A stretch of DNA of 63,999 nucleotides, counting the filler, from Streblomastix strix (lineage: Eukaryota): NCBI GenBank assembly GCA_008636045.1. It is 3 parts of 3 records of this genome, joined end to end, with 100 filler letters (N's around TTAATTAATTAA, not from the genome) between each part and the next. Parts side by side here need not be neighbours in the genome. Positions count along the whole stretch, not along the records: positions 43,691 to 63,999 come from SNRW01000441.1; 2 more parts are not named here. The stretch is one strand, 5' to 3'. Each line of letters starts with the position of its first letter. The stretch's first letter is position 1. Of the stretch, positions 58,801 to 63,999 are shown one piece after another. Both the position numbers and the translations under genes were made by a program. The notes under the pieces are model-generated. The model was not told the origin of the DNA. It did not search any database and saw only the letters and a program-made list of their open reading frames with translations.

Positions 58801-59166
58801 CTGACTCGTCCTGTTTCAAGTCGTCCACAATCACAGTCATCTTAATAATCATCATTTGATCTTTATACGCCTACTTTATCTGAGTAACATTCGCCAACAC
58901 GTTCCAATCGTGGTACTCCTTATTCATAAAGATAGACTAATTCATAATCAAGATAACATCGTTTTTCTCGTCAATCTTCAAACTCGGATGAAAACGATCG
59001 TTCAATAAGAATGCATTAAGTATAGTAGCCTATTCCTTAATCACCAACAAGAAGATGGCCAAGGCAAAGAAGTCCAAGTATTTCATCTATTTAATCCTCT
59101 TCATCATCGTCTTAGTCTCCATCTACACAGCATACTCGTGCATCTCGCCGTTCAAAAAGAAATTGA
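49872..59166 (+). CDS. Giant (~3000 aa) type I membrane protein with signal peptide, GGAI/FxxC beta-helix repeats, single TM and Ser/Arg-rich tail; two in-frame TGA
   Basis: Signal-like FSIIIFLILAYSSFHCLFDVHG; YYVRESGDDT*TCSSSSPCKTL; many F..C…GG(A/G)IY repeats; one intron at ~55135-55222; TM LWAILLIVLIPIIITIIIIIICCCCF (~58535-58610); stop 59164-59166. In-frame TGA at 50019-50021 and 51369-51371. An alternative in-frame ATG is at 49725. Confidence 0.8.
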
Positions 59167-59573
59167 TTTATTCTTTCAATATCTTTGAATAATTTTATCC
59201 ATTTCAATTCAATCTATTAATTTTGTTTTCTAAATAAAACTTTGAATGAAAAGATTTTAATTTATTAAATTGTTGTTAAATGTAATTATTAATTTAATAT
59301 CTACAAAAATAATACATAATATTTCTAATTGAATTGTTTTATCAAAAAAAAAGGGTTGCATATCTCATCAAGTTACAATTTAATAGCAATAGCTAATTAG
59401 TGAACATGTTTCGGTTGATATATTAAATCATTTTCACTACTTTTAAATGTTTAAATATAATATATTGACCAAAATAACAGATATTTTTTTTTATGTTTAA
59501 AATATGTTTTCTCGTTCTATTTTTACATTTTTATTTTATTTTTTTATTAATTCACATACATTTTTTTATTTTA

Positions 59574-62500
59574 ATGCAGATTGTTTAAATGTCGCAGTAC
59601 GAGGTCCTTTATGACTATTGCAACCCTGAAGTTTGCTTTCCATTTTTTTGAGTCCGATTTCCTTTTTATTGTCATTATTTATTTATTTTATTTATATTTA
59701 GAATGCATACTATCTTTCTGTAAAGAAAGGAGATAGAGTTACATTAATAAGACACCAAATTTCAGATATATCGATTTGTAGCAAAGATGAAAAAGCTGGT
59801 TTGCAATAGTTTCTAATTATTAAACTCATATATTCTCTTTATATAGGCTTTATTCCTTCATATTGTATCAAGTAAGTACCAGAAGCTCATTACATCGCCT
59901 AAAATTCGCAGTTTTTTGATAAGAATGATTTTGAAGTTATTTCAGATTACTAATGGATTGTTGGCTAGAATTTATTCCTGAACCTATCCAAAGGAGACAA
60001 AGTAAGATTAATAAAGAAATATGGCGACTAGTATTTCGTATAATTTAAAGGAAATGAAGGTCTGGTTCCTTCTAATTTATTACACCCATTAGTATAATCA
60101 GAATAGTTGAATAAAAGTTTGATTTCAGTCAATTAATCAACTTAGCAAACATTACAACCAATGAATACATAATTAACTAATGTATCAGCATCAAAAACTG
60201 AGGGAAGAAGATCTTTACCTGATAAAATCGATGCAATAAATATTAAAATCGAGCCCAGAAATAATTAATAATTATTGAATAGCATCATTAGAAAATAAGA
60301 TCCATCATCAGGTGGAAGTTTACCATTGAATTTTGCTTAATCTATTGCAATGGGTAAAATAAATTTAGATAGTAAGAGCAAGAATCAGATGATTTCACCA
60401 ATTGCTGCTGCTCCCAAAGTCTCAGCTCCAATTGGATTCGGAAAGTAATCTTCTTAAATAATAAATTCAGCACCATTAAAAAAGAGCAGTTCATTTTCTT
60501 TATAAGATCAAAATAAATAAGAATAACCTTCAACATAAACATTTGCAATTGAAAACAGAGGAAAAGATTTTGCTGAATTGCTTTCTGCCTAGAAGAGACT
60601 CATAGAAACTAGAAATACAAATCAAACAACTGTTATTAAAGGTTTCTAAATAAATGATTGATTGAAATATATAAATATTTATTATTAAATATTGATTTAA
60701 ATATATTTTTCATTTTCATTTATTATTTTTTCATTATTTTTAAACAGAAACAGTTCAAGTGGCTCAATTTGAAGTCTTAGCTGATTGCAACAATCCTGAT
60801 GTGTGGAATAGTTATTTTTATTTGTTTTTCACTAGTTTTATAAATTAAAATCAGACAACTAAATATTTGAATGTCAAGAAAGGCGAGTTCGTAACCAAAA
60901 TAGATGAACCAGCACCAGGTTGGTCGATGTGCAGTAAAGATGGGAGAAAAGGTTTGAAATTAATTTTACTATAGAAAATTATATTTTATTGTTTATTATT
61001 ACAAAGGATATATTCAAACTTCGTATATAAGACCAGCTGCAATAGTTGAATATTTTGAAGTTTTAGCTGATTATTCTGGAAAATTAGGTGATCCAAGATT
61101 TCTTAAAGTAAGCAAAGGTGATAATGTGAAAATGATTAAGAAAGATTAAGGATGGAGTCAAGTTGAGAATAATGGACAATAAGGACTTGTTCCAACCAGT
61201 TATTTAAAACCATCAAATGGAGGACAAAATAAAGACTTTGAAACTCTTCCAGTGAATCAGTCACCCAAAGCTCAACAATCTATCAAAGCATCATCTAAAT
61301 CCAAAAGTACCATATAACTTACTCCATCTACAAATTCATCATAGCCAATAAGTGGATCTATTCAAAATCTTCCTACACTTAAGAAAGTAGAATTAAATAC
61401 AATTACACCTTCTCCATAACTCATCTCTGGTTCCATTCAAACTTTGAAACCTATGAAATCAAGTTCATCTGAACAATTTGGAATCTTGTCTCAACAATTT
61501 GAACTGATCCACAATCCTGTTAATGCTGATGAAACATCTGTTAGTCCTGATCATGTCCCTGTCATTGCAAATACTTCTTCATCTGCTAGTAGTAATAATT
61601 GTGATTCAATCGCAAATGATTAACCATCTTCATTGAATAGTGGAATAGATACAAGTGAGATGGACAAATATGACTTTTGTATGAATACTAATATTAATTA
61701 TATTAATTTGTACTATTTATTTATTATTTATTTGTATTATATTTATTGATATTTTAACAGACTAAGTTATCGACTAACTTTCTGGTGCAAATGGCAAAAC
61801 TTATTTAGCCAAGTTGAAGAAAACTGATAAGTTATATATCATGAAGTGAGTAGATTATCTGAGGAAGGCAGACAAAGAACGCGCTGACGAAGAAGTGCAG
61901 CAGATGATACGACTTGCATCGCCATATACAGTTTGGATTTAATTCATAGAATATTTGTTATTATCAAATAATTTTAATTAAGTTTTTGTCATTCTTTATT
62001 AATGTATTTTTTATCAATATATGAATTATAGGTGAAACTCATTTGCACTTTTATTGATCGTGAGTAATTGTGCATGATCCTGGAGTATTGCGAAAATGGA
62101 GATATGAGAAAGACTATTACAGAGTTACAGAATCTTGACTAATAGAAACATATTGTGGTATGAGTTTGTTTTTGTTTCTATAATAACAAAATATAATAAA
62201 TTTTAATGATTATTATATTATTATTCTTTTATATTAAAATATTACCAGTGCGTTTGGAAAATTGCTGCTTAGATCGTTCGCTCTCTTGACTACATGCATT
62301 CTCGTGGAATCATGCACCGGTTTGGAAGTAAACATTTAGATATACTTATATTTTTATTACTTTTTATTACTTTTAATTTTATTCATTTCTTTATTTCAAT
62401 ATTATATTATTATCAGAGATATAAAACCAGAAAACTTATTAATAATGAAAGACGGGTCCGTTAGATTAGGTGTGATTATTAGTCAATTCATATATAACTA

Positions 62501-63138
62501 TTATTCTGATTATCATTATTTCGTTTAATCAAAAGGTGATTTTGGGCTTGCACATGAGTTGACTGAAGACTATTTCAGAACATTTGTAGGAACCAAGTTT
62601 GCATTTATAGTTAAAACAAATCTTAATTTTTCATGATTTATTTTCTGATCACTTTTTTATTTTTTATAATATTCACACAGAATATACTTAGCTCCAGAAG
62701 TCTATGTATTAAGGCAGTATGAAACATTAATTTAACTTTTATTCAAAAAATCAAATATACATCATAATATATATTCATATACAGAATGAGTTTTAGCACT
62801 GATATCTTTGAGGTAGGAGTTGTTCTTTTCGAACTTATAACAGGAACTCATCCATTTCTGGCTGAAAACGAACAGGCAACTATCAGAAACATAATATAAG
62901 GCTAGAGAATAATAGATCTTCCATTTTGGACTCCTGTTGAGTTGAAAAACCTTGTGAACGATATGCTCAACATGGTTTGCTTTTGAACTATTAAAAATTG
63001 AATTTATTAATCCTTTTAATTAAATCTTGTTTCTATTTATTATTATTTAAGGATCCAGATAAGCGCCCTTCAACAAAGCAGATTCTTTCTTGTGGATACA
63101 TAAACTTGTGCATCAGTTTGCTAAAAGAAACAGATTGA
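59574..63138 (+). CDS. Four SH3 domains + C-terminal NEK-like Ser/Thr kinase; one in-frame TGA
   Basis: SH3 repeats YEVLYDY..LSVKKGDRV..GFIPS; FEVISDY..LSKGDKV..GLVPSN; FEVLAD..LNVKKGEFV..GWS..GYIQTSY; FEVLADY..LKVSKGDNV..GWS..GLVPTSYL. Kinase motifs YIMK*VDYL, ILEYCENGDM, MHR|DIKPENL, GDFGLA, GT|K|IYLAPE, DPDKRPS. Stop 63136-63138; start at 59574 or 59589. Confidence 0.85.
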
Positions 63139-63999
63139 AGCTACTTATGGTTTCAAATCACAATTATCTGAAAGACATTTCACTTACAAACACAAATCAC
63201 ATAAATTAAATAAGCACTACATCACATACAGATTAGTCATGAATTTAAATATATTTATCATCCAATACTCTATAATTTTAATTTATCTTTATTTTTATCG
63301 TTTGAAATTTGTGATTGTTGGTTTGAAAAATCTATTATCTTGTAGTTTAGAAATATCTACATAGTTTAAATCTAATATTTTTAATAAAATTTATAATTTT
63401 AATAAAATTTATGATTCAAAGTTATATGCACAATTACCTTGGTAATAAATGTGAAAATTATCAAATGAGGCTTCAATCCGCCATAAAACTTCTCAAAAAT
63501 ATATTTTCGTAAATTAGATATTTTATGCACTTGAAAACATGTCTTTTATATTATTGACAATATATATTTACACATTCTCTCTTCCGAAACTTAGTAAAAA
63601 ATGAAAAGCAAAGATAATAATAAAACGAGCTATAATTGCGTGTTCATTATAATTAATTCATATAAATATTCATAATACTATTATTACAAATATTATTTCG
63701 TTCCAATACTTAATTTTAATTACCTCTCCAGAAATATTTTCACATTTTCTCTAATTTCAATTTAATTTATTTATTAATAATATTTTTCTTTCTTTAATAT
63801 TTCATAGTTCATGAACCATCTTGAGCATTGCATTGGAAAACACGTAAATCCCGATGTGAGTAAATGCAACGAACTCAAAAATCGTATATTAAATTCAATT
63901 ATTAATAATTTGAATATTTATTTCTTTTTTCTGACTTCCAAAGTACCTGATCTTGTCTAATAGCTGAAATCAGAACAATAATCAATTAGACTGAGTGCA

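Noticed and set aside
63780..63999. Coding-like sequence at the window end
   Set aside because: Too short and no recognisable motif.

Overview
Very AT-rich, intron-containing eukaryotic (protist) DNA. It reads coherently only with TAA/TAG = Gln and TGA = stop (translation table 6), so the supplied ORF track is largely misleading. The code, gene families and composition suggest an oxymonad such as Streblomastix (inference). The window is three contigs joined by artificial 100-nt linkers (N44-TTAATTAATTAA-N44 at 21765-21864 and 43591-43690). Contig 1 (1-21764) is mostly decayed DNA transposons (Sola-like, hAT-like, mariner, a foldback) around an intact four-C2-domain gene. Contig 2 (21865-43590) has proteasome Rpn9, two paralogous kinase-like/zinc-finger/RING-H2 genes whose catalytic HRD reads HRN, a damaged kinase with a helical-repeat region, and a decayed Polinton/Maverick-like element (protein-primed PolB with an HNH-like insert, rve integrase, AT-hook ORF). 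Contig 3 (43691-63999) has two tandem giant GGAI/beta-helix-type type I membrane proteins and a 4xSH3/NEK-like kinase gene. Four isolated in-frame TGA codons interrupt otherwise open long host ORFs. All translations and alignments were done by eye; exon and relic boundaries are approximate.
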